DNA from: Peribolospora baueri
Taxonomy: Eukaryota
Direction of reading: 5' to 3'
Length of the DNA: 64,000 bases
Assembly (NCBI GenBank): GCA_029717555.1
Contig: JAMDHS010000041.1
Coordinates: 1 to 64,000, forward strand
The translations under genes and the position numbers were made by a program. Below, one piece after another: positions 49,986 through 60,918 of the stretch. Under the pieces are notes generated by a model that searched no databases, had not been told where the DNA came from, and saw only the letters and a program-made list of their open reading frames with translations. Numbering within the stretch: the first letter of the stretch is position 1; each line of letters opens with the position of its first letter.

Positions 49986-50118
49986 AGACCTTGGCTACCA
50001 TTCCCTTCCCTTTATAGATGCTGATACGGCTGAACTTCCCAGGGACTCCATAAGTGCCCTCCACAGGTGTAAGGTGGGCCTCATCCTCTACGAGTCTTGG
50101 GGTCTCACAGACACTGGG
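49107..50118 (-). pseudogene. D5-like superfamily-3 helicase fragment, copy B (inverted; stop at ~49985, frameshifts ~49595 and ~49303)
   Basis: MVILYGPGGTGKSTLIRRLQAAL...RLAVSGDVELG/NVNLGLIKAVTGRDS...VVIGSNSLP...AIVRRAIDVHM. Homologous to copy A in opposite orientation. Confidence 0.8.
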
Positions 50119-51132
50119 TGCCTTACCCTCGGGTGACAACACGGGTGGTCAACAAGACCCTGAGCTCCGTTGGCGCCGTCGGTCTCGGCGCGGTGGCCGA
50201 TGTGCTGGCCGCGGAGGAGCATATAGCGTCGGCGTCGCAGCGGCGGCGGTGGGATGTGTGGGCGCTTCGAAGAGCAAGACCAGAACGGCCGCTTGACGGT
50301 TTTTGGAGATGCTTCGTCAGGGGGGGGGACGGGGGGGGAAGAATTTCAGCAAGCGACTCCTACCCTGACTTCTCCCTTCAACTACCGCTCCACTCACTCG
50401 TTCCACCTCGATTTCGCCCGAAAGGCGGCGAGCCGTCGTATGTATCCTTGGCTCTCCGGAGTGAGCATCGACAACGCCTCGGCGGGGATGGCGGAGGGAA
50501 CTGCGTCCATGACGCTTTCCGGATCGAATGGCTGCGTCGTGAGCGCACAGCCGCGTGGTAGTGGCGACCTGCGACCGAGGTGGTAAGAGAAGGAGAGGAG
50601 ACCGAACGACGATGGCAAGCAGCCGACCGAGTCCCGACTCGTGTGTTCCTTACTCATCGCGTGAGCACATCACGTGGACGGCCATTTAACCGCTCTGCGC
50701 GCACGGGCCACCTCGAATGCATTGGTGCCGTGATTTCGACGGAAGTTGTTGGCCGCCATGCATTCGGACGGGCTGTGGACGACAGAGAACTGAAAGGTTG
50801 AGGTCAGGACGGCGAAGCGGTGACTCCGCTGGTTCCGAGGCGCGCCGGACGAGGCGGATATGGCAGGGTACGGCGTTCCCTGTCGTCAGCGCCCTTCAAA
50901 TACCGGCCCCGGTTCCTTTCCCATATAACATCTTTCTTGCTGGCAAGTAGACGGCCTGGACGACGGCTTTGAACCCATCCTAGAGGAAGCACGACGTGAG
51001 AGGCCTCTGTATCTTCTCGTGCCCTGACTTCCACCTCACTCTTCGAGACACAGGCCTCACTATTCTTTGACTGCTGGTCTGGCCGGCGACAGTGCGACTC
51101 GACATCACTTTTACAAGCCAAATTAAGACGTC

Positions 51133-53665
51133 ATGGATTGCACGGCAAAGGATCCCACCCCAAACGTTCCTTCCTCTGACTCAATGCACGTCAACCCCGC
51201 CTTCTTTACCGTGCCCTCTGACAAGCCATGTCCGCTGCCAAGGAAGAATGGCACGGAGAGTTACTGGCAGAGGACAAGCCCTGGAACCGAGTGCGGGATT
51301 GGCAGCGAGGACGCTCGTCACATCAAATGGCAGGGTCAAACAGTTGCGGAGATGGACGTCGATGTGGTTATTATTGGGTGCGTCGCGAGGCTCAATCGGT
51401 GACCGTTGGGAGAGGCAACGTGCGAAGCTATGCTGATCTTTCGTCTCTATGCGTGCTTCATCTTTCTTTTGATATTTTCTCATACGTCTGCTCGCACGCC
51501 ATCGATACGATCACAGCTCAGGCATCACTGGAACTTCAGCAGCCTACCACCTCTCTCGCAAGCTTTGTGCCACTGACAACGATGCTGCCAATGGACAAGG
51601 GCATATCAAGATCGGACGACAGCTCAACGTCGCTGTAGTCGAGGCAAGGGACTTCTGTGCGCTTTGTTGTTTCTCACCTCATCGGTTGCGCTTTGATGCT
51701 TTAGTGCAGCCGCCTATTTCCTATTCCTCGGCCTTAACAGAAACCTGACTATCGGTTTTTCTAACCTCAGGCTCTGGAGCGACAGGCCGGAATGGGGGCC
51801 ACATGACCCCCCTCTCGGCGTTGGCTTGGAACGACGTGATCTCCAAACCTCACTTGCTGGAACCCTTTGACGGTAGTCCAGCTCCCTCCCGTCCATCTTT
51901 GGCACATGCAGACATGCAGACACGGCAAAGTGGAAGAGCCGGGCCAGCGGACAATGCTAGTATGGCTGAAGCCAAGAGGATTTTTGCTCTGGAGCGGAGG
52001 ACCGAAGCGGTATTGTTGGCTCTGGCACAAAGTGATGGCCAACAAGGCCAGAGCGTAGATCTGACGCGTGGAGGCAATCTGCATCTTGTCCAGACCGATG
52101 AGGAGGAGGCAGAGTGGAAGAGCAGCTGGCAGGCTGCCAAGGAAGCTGGCTTGGAGGAAGGAGAGGGAGGCGGTATTGAATTGTGGGATAGGGAGAAGAC
52201 GGTTGAGGTGAACCTTTCCGCCTTCCATTGTGGAGGAATCAGCTGACCAAAATAGGCCGGGTCGTCGTTCCCATCGCACAGGCACTTTCCACTCGCTCTC
52301 CACATTTCCTTTCCGCCTTTCGCATCCCTGGTAACAATCTCCACCCTCTCAAACTCGTCCGCCTGCTTTGGTCCCGCGCTCTTGCGCTGACCACGTCCTC
52401 TGCAGGATCATCGACTCCGGCAGTTTCTCTCAAACTCTACATTCACACGCCGGTAACAGCAATCGAAGCGGTAGAGAAAGGTGATACGGTCCACAGCGAC
52501 CTCGACCGCCCGTGGCTCATCCGCACCGGTAGAGGACCGATATTTAAGACAAGCTATATCATCCATGCGACCAATGGCTATGTCAGTCACCTCGTACCCC
52601 ATCTCGCGGGCCCGCATGGTGTCATTCCGACGAGGGCACAAGTCCTCGCCGTCCGACCTGCGGTCTTGGCCGAAAGCAAGACGGAGTCGCGAGGAGTCTG
52701 GAAGGGCTGGAAGGGAGGGTTATATGTCAATCATGATTACGAGGTCAGGGTCGACCGCCACCGGTCCTTCTTCCACCTTGGGCTCTGTCAAGCATGATTG
52801 AACAATGTGGCTCGCCACCTCCTTTTGTCCAATGTTCTTCACACTTCCAGTACCTCTTCCCCCGCTCGCCTTCAGGTTCAGCATCTGTCACCACTGGCAT
52901 TCCGCCCATTATCTTCGGCGGCATGCGTGAAAGCGCATCACCTTCCTATGAATGGAATGTCACCGATGATTCGACTCTGAACCCTATCGTGGCCATCCGA
53001 CTTCGTACTTGGCTGGCGGATAGATGGCCAGAACAGTTTGGACGCCTCGGGCGGGGTACTGACAGCGCCAACGACGAGGAGGATGGTAGGGCTGTCAAAC
53101 TAGAGGAAGAAGCCGTGGAAATGGAGTGGACCGGGATTATGGGCTTCACGCAAGGACGGGATCCCATCGTGAGTAGGTTTGCAACGCCGTTACAGTTGTT
53201 TTAATCCAGTACTGTCTCGGAATCGATGTTCATTAGTAACCGACTTTGTGTTTTATATCTTCACAGGTCGGACCTCTGCCTCCCCCCACAGGGCAGAGCC
53301 CTCACTCGCTTGCTGGCCAATATGTGGCGGTAGGCTACAGCGGCCACGGCATGACTCGGGCATTCTCTTGGTAAATGGGTTTGCTTGCAGCGCTCAGGCA
53401 CCTATAGCAGAACCGAGTGACAACTTGCCTGACCTATTCTCATCTGGTCATTCGAACTACAAAACCACCTGTTCAGCGCCGAGGCGGTTGTCGACATGGT
53501 CTTGGCCGACATACGCGCGGAGAACTGGGAGATACCAGAATGGTGAGGACATCGAGCTTTGCAAGCCGGTAAGGAACGTGATTTGCTGAGCGGCAAGTCT
53601 CTCGCCGTCTCTGACGCGCGTTCCGCCGCAGGTTCCCGACCTGCTATCTTTCGACAGCCTGTTGA
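51133..53665 (+). CDS. FAD-dependent oxidoreductase (DAO family), paralogue 2, multi-exon
   Basis: DVVIIG/SGITGTSAAYHL, EARDF/CSGATGRNGGH, LHPLKLV, IIHATNGY, IPTRAQ, WTGIMGFTQGRDPI/VGP, VGYSGHGMTRAFS/AEAVV...W/FPTCYLSTAC*. Most intron positions shared with paralogue 1. Confidence 0.9.
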
Positions 53666-54203
53666 GATGCAGCATGGCGGACACAGGCTCAGGTCGATGA
53701 GTCCCCTTGTTCACACTAGCAATGATCGCAGTGACGGTGTCTTTTTTTCCTCGCGGTAGTGTCTACAACGGTTCAGACAATGGAGAGAGCCCCTTCGCCC
53801 CTCTCACACGCTACCTGCGCCGTTCGGCCCTGCTCTCCCGTCTCCAGCCCTTCTCGCCTGCTCTTGAGCCTCGGCCTGTGGGGATCCCGCCGGATATTGA
53901 ATTATAGATTCGAGGTGTGCGAGGGCGGCCTGGTCGTTAAGGCGCGTATAACCCAGTCGAATAGAAAAGGCAAAGCAGCGCAAAGCGTCAGCATCGCTGC
54001 TGGGAATAAACATGAGCGATGGAACGCCGCCTTCCCGCGCAGTCTACTACTGTGAAACTCCTGTGTCTCCCTCCAGCCGTTCTATTATTGGCACATACAG
54101 GCGCTCCTCTCCTAGCCTTCAACTTTTTCAAGCTCTCTTCCTTCCCGGCGTCCTGATCCCCAGCTGAGAATCGCCCAACTGACCCGCTCGCCCACTCGCT
54201 CGC

Positions 54204-55271
54204 TCAATAGGGCCGAAACCTTGCATCCGGGTTGACGAAATCGCTCCTCACCCTTCCCACCTCGCTCAGCTCTTGCTCGTCACCGCCGAACGCCTCCCGC
54301 TCGTCTCCTTCGGCGTTCCATCGCGCGTCTTCATCTCCGTCACCTTCTTCAGCATCTTCCATTTGGTCTGAAAACACCCAGCCGTCGCCGTCCCGCGTTC
54401 CTCCCAAGCCCATCGCGAATGGGTTGTCCACGGGGCCGCCGAGGGAGGGATGCAATGAAGCGCAGTAGGAAAGCGCCTCAAACATGGCATCGACTGAGGA
54501 AGAGTGGAGAAAAGAAATCCGTGAAAAATGAACAGAAGGAAAATAACACAAAAAGGGCCGTCCCCTTTCCTTCTCGAGCTAAGAAAGGAAAGCTCACGTT
54601 GATCCTCCCGTTCCGGAATGAGTCGCACCTCCCGCATCGTGCTAGTGCTTCCCTCTTCGCCCTCTTCGCCCTCCACGGCTTCACCCTCTACGCCGCCGGT
54701 TTCATCCAGCTGACAATAGATGCACGGCTTTGCCTCACTCGACGGAGAGGAAACGGGCGGCGGGGAGCGTGAGATGGCGTGCAAGCTGATCAGAGGGTAA
54801 GGCAGTGAGAAGCCGCGAGAGAGTGCAGGTGACCAGAACGAGAGGGCGCTGAGATATCGTACGTCGTCGTCGGAGGTGAGTGGTGGCAACAAAAGAGAAT
54901 GGGCATGGGAGAAGAGGGAGGAAGAGGAAGCCGATTGAGCATGCGCATTCCCGCATGTGTGTGTCTCTTGGTCTCGCGAAGAGTAGCCGCGAGGTTAGCC
55001 GACCGGAGCAAGGTTTCAAAAGAACAGAACCTCACCCTTCGGTTAACCATAACTGCCCCGTCCCATCCGCCCACGCCACGCCTTCCGCGCCCTCGAGGCT
55101 GTCAAATGGCGGATCGACCTCGACCTTGACGCCGTCCACCTTGAGCCTGAGCACCGGCGGGTTGGCGTCAAACCTCTCCGGCGTGCTCTGTTGGAGCTCC
55201 GCGTACTGTTCTGGGGTGATAAACGGCGGAGGAGAGGACAAGGCCGTGATTTTCGGCGTTTCCGAGGACAT
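54204..55271 (-). CDS. LOT5: pICln/Lot5 (Voldacs domain) methylosome/snRNP assembly chaperone; 3 exons
   Basis: ELQQSTPERF...PPVL, GQLWLTE/ALSFWS...GFSLPYPLISLHAISR, PCIYCQLD, EVRLIP, MFEALSYCASLHP, acidic tail. Confidence 0.88.
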
Positions 55272-55766
55272 ATTGGGGACGCGGTGGGATGGATGACGGT
55301 GGGAGAGACAAAGTGATCCGAGAATTTTTAATAGTTGGAAAGCGAAGAACTGCCGCGGCGCGCATTTATCTCTTGCTCACGTGCCCGATAGTAGAAGGCC
55401 AATGATACAACAACAGCGAATGACGTTGAATTGACATGAAGCGTATTTTGAAAACAGGATACTCATCCAAATAGTGGAAGGACGTGAAGTTTAGTGGGCG
55501 AGCAGCCAGGTCTCAGAGGACAGTCGGAGTCGTTGGCTATGACCAAGAACGACGCGCGGTCCGGTCTGACGATGCTCGCGCACAGGCACTAATCGTAGGG
55601 GGCGACAGGGAGGTGCTTGCGAGAACATGCGAATGATGACGAGAGCTAAGACATAGGGAGACGAAACTGAGATGATGGCGGTGGTATCCATTGTACTAGA
55701 TCGGTCGTTGTGAAAGAGGAAGCCGCCGGAGAGGTAGAGCGCTGTGGGCTTGAGAACTAAATCTGC

Positions 55767-58700
55767 CTAGCCGCCACGAGACTGCTGGATGAAATTCTGC
55801 AGTAGCATTTACGAACAGGAGGTGTGCGAAGATCGTCAGTGACCGGCCATCAGATTCGCCATTCGTAGAACTGACAAGAGCGACCGTAACTCACTTGGAA
55901 GTACTTTTTGAAACTCTTGGCATCCAGAGCCTGCAGCGCCTGCGCAAACTCCTGGCCCAGGTTGGACGGACACTGAATGGAAGGGAAGTAGACGTTGGTC
56001 AAGTAGCCAATCGCCTCGTCACCCCGCTTTTGGTGGATAGTCTTCAGTAAGTTGCACACTTCGCCGAGAGCCTGAAGGATGCGTGGATAGGCCAAATGAG
56101 CACCCTCGTAAGCGCCGGGACGGACACAAGGCGCTAGCAAGTTGCACTCACCAACTGCGACTGAGCGTCCTTCAAGTCAAACTCGTCCTTTGCCGGAACT
56201 TCGAAGCACAGCCCCACGAGGTTCTCGTAAATGAAAGTCTCAAACCCGGGCAACGGCGTCGACTCGACGGTCCCATTTCCGTTGGGCACGGCTGAGCCGT
56301 TCGGACCGTCGCCGGGCTTGCCGCCCCATGCGATGACTAGACGATTGAGAACGTTAAATGCTTGACGACACGTGTGGACATCATTCGAACGTGCGTAGTG
56401 GATCACCGATTGAAGGATGGTTTGCAGTTGGGGTTGATTCCCTGCGTGTTGAAAACGCCTCGTCAGCTATGCCTTCTCATTCAGAATACTGGACGGAAAA
56501 AACGCACTTTCGGTAAGCAGCACGCCTTGAAGTCCCGCTCCTGAGAGTCCCACAAGCAAACCCAAGTATGCCTTTTGCAGCTCGGCACGCTCTACGGCAT
56601 CATCCGTACCAGAGATAGGCTGGTTGAGGAAGTAGATGACCCTTTCGATCAAGGGGAGGAAGATGTCATCGAGGACGGGGAAAATTTCGCCCTGCGAGCA
56701 GCATTCGATTCCGAGTCCGGTGAGTAAGAAGTTGCACCTTGAAGATGCCTCGAAGCACATGTATGCTCACCTTGTACTTGTGCAAGACGAGACCGAGGAA
56801 AGCCAAGAAATCCCTGATCTCCGCCGAGCTGACGTCCTGAAGCAAGTTGGTGATGAAGGTGGGGATGTACTGCAGGACCGTCCGTCCCGTGGTGGCGACG
56901 AACCTAGAAAAAGCGTACTGGGAAGCCTGTCGAACGACCTTGAAACCTCTCAACCGGCTGAGAGCTTCAAGGAGCGATTCCGTCACAACGCGGAACACGT
57001 CCATCCACACCGGTTGAGGGGTAGCAGCGTTGGGCGACACGTCCGGGAAGCCTTTGGCGACGTTACCGAGAGCCATGAGAAGGTGGTGTACTCGTAGGAC
57101 GGAGAGGAGGTTAGAGGCGTCGGAAAGATGCGCTGATACAGAAGACGATGTCTGTGCGAGAAGTGGATCGGTCACAGCCTGGCGGCAGATCGACACCACG
57201 GTCGAGATTCAAAGAAGGTTGAAAAAAGGAGCCAAAAGGTCGGAGGTGTGAGACTTCTGCCAAAAAAACCGTCGAGTTCGAACTTGAAAAGTACCTTGAG
57301 CAAAACGACCTGTTTTCCCACGTCGCCGCCCTGAGTACCGAATATGTGCACGAGCGTGCCGACCGTCTCGAACAGGTAGAGCTGACTGTCCAACATGCCG
57401 GGCGCGTCTGCCGCCTTCACGAGGGGATCCTCCTCCGGACTGGCCGTGGGTGGAAGAGAGGCCGGTATCTCAACCAGAAGGAGGTCCTGTGGCGACGCGT
57501 GTTCAAGCAGTGTCAGCAGAACCACAAGGCGTATGAGGACCCGAAATTCCACTGCAGACTCACCTGCATCCCACCAAGTATGCCCTCCACGTACTCTCCT
57601 TTGATCCGAGTCTTTGATTCACGAACGAACCGATAGAAGAGGTAGTACGCGCGTGACCGAACTCGACCATGCCTGTTGTGCAGCCCTCGGGCGTCAAGGA
57701 ACGCCGCGAGCGCATCCTGAATAGCCTCTGGGCGGTCGATGAAGAAATCCGAGTAGCGTGCCAGGCACTCGAACAGGCCGAGCGGTACGGAAGGGTGGGG
57801 AAAGTTGGAGATGCCTGAGCGAAGGGACTCGAGGATCATCTTGCCGAGAGGGCTGAGAGGGTAGGCTGTAAAGTCGATGTTGGAAGCTTTGGCCTTGCTT
57901 CGGGCAGTTTCGCCAGGAGGCAGCTCGACGTATGTCACGCCTGACGAGGTGTGCGGGCCTGACGCCGCGTTTTTGAGGCACTCTCCATAGATGAAGAGGA
58001 CATGGAAAGCCAGCTCCACTTGTCGCCAGTTGAGCGACTGTGGTGTCGTGGAGTAGGTCGAGAAAATACCGAGAATGAGCTGGGAGAGAGAAGCGGAGAA
58101 GAGGTCTGTGTCTATGGCACCGATGGAAGACAGGAGTGTTTGAAGGTTCTGAATGAAATGCGTCACAAGCGGATCGGCACTGAGGTGAGCAGAAATGCCG
58201 GCCCGCATGGTCGTCACGAACGAGCAACGACTCACCTTTCGCATCTCGGCGAACAAAGCTTCTTCTTGGTCCAAATCGCTGTCAGGCGCTCCGTCGACGG
58301 CACCGTCGTCATGCCAGTCAGACTCCTCATCATACTCCATCTTCTTCACGACCACCTCGAGAAGACGCGTAAGGAACTCGCGCTTGTCGGGCGTCATGTG
58401 GTTATTGGGGTCACGCCTCTTGGCTTTCTTGTACTGGAGGGAAGCAGATAGGAAGCCCGAACGTTAGGATGCATCCACCAGCGGGAATGCAAGACGATCG
58501 AGGTAGTGAAATGACGTACCAAGCCGAGAACACCGCCAATGGCGCCAAAGACAGAGGAGCTCGTGTCGTCGTACTCGTCCGCAAGTAAGCAAAGCAAGAG
58601 GGGAAGCATGGCTGTCAAAGAGTCATTGGCAGCCGCGAGGGTGGATGGGTCAACGCCGGGCTGATCGTTAAGGCCAAAAGACGAGCATATGGTCAGCGAG

Positions 58701-60070
58701 AAGGCGAGATCGCCAGCCCAGTCCGAAGCAGGGAAAAAAGGGGGAGGGGGGACACAAGGCCAAAATGAGCGGGCACCCGGCGCACCTCTTCGCAAATCTT
58801 CACAAGCTCAGTACCATCGGTGTTGGCGACCTTGGCGATCTTCTCCCTCCACTCCACCCGAGCCTCCTTCTCGTCCTCGTCCTCTCCCGCCTTCGCTTGG
58901 CTTGCGTTCTCCAAACCACGGAGAATGTCCGAGATTCCGAGTACGCGACGCAGTTCAACCTTGTCTGGCGCTTTCATTCCTTTCCCAATGATCTCGGTGA
59001 GCGCGTTCAGCGAGGCGAGGCGAAGCGGGAGAGCAGGGTGGTTGAGGAGGTTGTAGAGCAGCGGAAGGGTGGCGGGGGAAACGATGAGGGAAATATCGAT
59101 CCAGGAGGCGAAGTCGCTAATGACTTGAACCGCCATGACGAGCAAGTCCGTCCACACCTTGCTGTCAACGCCGGAGGACGCGTTGAGGCGTTCGTCGCCT
59201 TGGCGGACGATGTCCCAGAGCATGGAACCCACTCTGCCCACGTCGCGGTCCCTCACGGCGTCCCTAACCACGGCATCTCGCGCCAGACGTTCGCGGCTTC
59301 GGACGGCACGCAACGACACGTCGCTTCCGAGTTGTAAAGAAAGCTCGTGGAGGACGCGGAGGACGAGGTCAGTCGACCGCAAGTTGAGAGAGGGAGTGGA
59401 GGAGGAAGGGGAACCGGGTGGGTGAGTGGTGGTTAGAGTGACAAGATCAGCGAGAAAGGCGGGGTAGGTGGAAACGTAGGCGGAGAGGAAGAGGTGAACA
59501 AGGGTGTTTGCTAGTCGGTTTTTCAGGACTGAGGTAGCAGCGAGGGAGCACGATCAGCGAGCGACCAGGTCATCCGCGGCACGTCAGAAAAGAGGTCCCC
59601 ACTCACATACGTATCCGCCGTCACCCGAGCCGAGGACGTATTCGTCGTGAACGTACTGTATAATGCTTTGTTGTAGAAAGGACAGCGCCTGAGACGGGTC
59701 CGCCATTGCCTGAACTCTGCACAAGACACACAGAGAGAGACAGCGTCAGACAAGTCGAGAGCGAAGACGAGCGAGACCACAACAACAACCGTACCACTCA
59801 CTTGTTCTCCAGAAACTCGTCCACCAAGCCCAAACCGAACATCCTCTCATTGAATCCGTACTTCCTTCCGTTACCGTCGGGGCCCCTGCCGGCATTGTCG
59901 TCTGGGCCGGCCTCGGCCGACCAGAGTGCCCATCCGGCAGGCCAGGACTCTTGCGACTCGGCCTTTAGGTGATTGAGGTAGTCGAACGCCTGCTGTCGCA
60001 GAGCCGGGTCGGTGGAGCTCGTCGGCGGGGCAGAAGCGATCGAGACGGCTGCCGCCAACTGAGCTTCCAT
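55767..60070 (-). CDS. LOS1: Exportin-T (tRNA export receptor), multi-exon
   Basis: LRQQAFDYLNHLK, LKNRLANTLVHLF...YP, VRDAVRDRDV, WIDISLIV, KGMKAPDKVEL, LADEYDDTSSSVF, FLDARGLH....VRSRAYYLFYRFV, DSQLYLFETVG, HHLLMALGNVAKGFPD, FDLKDAQSQ; ends NFIQQSRGG*. Confidence 0.93.
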
Positions 60071-60918
60071 TGCGGTAGCGCAAGCGGCGCACCCTAGGAT
60101 AGAGGCTGAAGCTGGCTAGAGACGCTGTCACAGGACACTTCTTCGTCGGAGCGCGGCGCCGCGGACGTGTTTCTACTGTCGTGGAAAGTTGGGGAGTGGA
60201 GGAGACGCCGAAGAGCGAGCGACTGTCAATCAGTTTGAACGAGGACGAGACGGTCCAAACAAAATCGATCGGCCTCTTCTTTCTCCCTCCGTCCCATGTT
60301 CGGCCAGTCCCCGCTGCTGCGGGAGCGTGAGAGCCCTATGAGGCAATGTTCCCAGGGCCCATTGCGCTGACTAAGCATTACCGTCCGACGAGGTCGTGTG
60401 AGTGGACCGACGCTGCGCACGACTCCCGCCTAGGCAACGAAAGAGTTTTCTCACTAGCTAAAAGAGACAGCAAAAGCGACATGAGAAGGGCTCAAAGCAA
60501 CACGAAAGGAATGTAGCGAAGAGGAGGAAGAGGAGAGAGTGGGAGAGAGAGACCGCCTACGTGACCCCGCTATTGAAATGGATGGATCGCGATATGGGAA
60601 AGGGCAGGCATAGAGCGTACAGGGCGATCGATGGAAGTCGTCGGACTACAGGATGAAGGAGCGCAGAAAAGAAGACAAGATGGAGAACACATGGTGGCGA
60701 GACATAGTACATCATAGAGGGTGGTTGAGTGATCTGACACGGACTAGTTGAGGGGTGATTGAATGGAGAGGAATCAGAGGAGGGACGGAAAACTTGATCG
60801 AGAGGAAAAGAAAGTGGTGCCGAGGTGCCATCGATCAGTAATGGAAAGCGCAGGGTTAGAAAACGAACGAACGAGCGAACGAACGAAAGGACGTGGGAGA
60901 GTCCCGTCATCGTCGCCA

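Larger units (their letters stand above)
46740..50145. mobile_element. Endogenous DNA-virus / virus-like element relic (RNA polymerase beta-like + D5-like SF3 helicase fragments)
   Basis: Intronless, visibly less GC-rich and richer in TA/CTA/TAG than host genes. Encodes Rpb2-like and SF3-helicase motifs, with frameshifts, an inverted duplication and filler DNA at junctions. Boundaries approximate. Confidence 0.8.

Noticed and set aside
46740..50145. Interpretation as a DNA transposon with terminal inverted repeats, a Helitron or a yeast killer-plasmid insertion
   Set aside because: The inverted repeats are internal coding sequence, not termini. No transposase, Rep/PIF1 or recombinase motifs are visible. 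The helicase is SF3/D5-like and the DNA is not AT-rich as killer plasmids are.
50143..51100. ORF-like segment (VVNKTLSSVGAVGLGAVADVLAAEEHIA...) next to the insert
   Set aside because: Short, no recognisable motif and host-like GC; cannot be assigned to the element or to a host gene.
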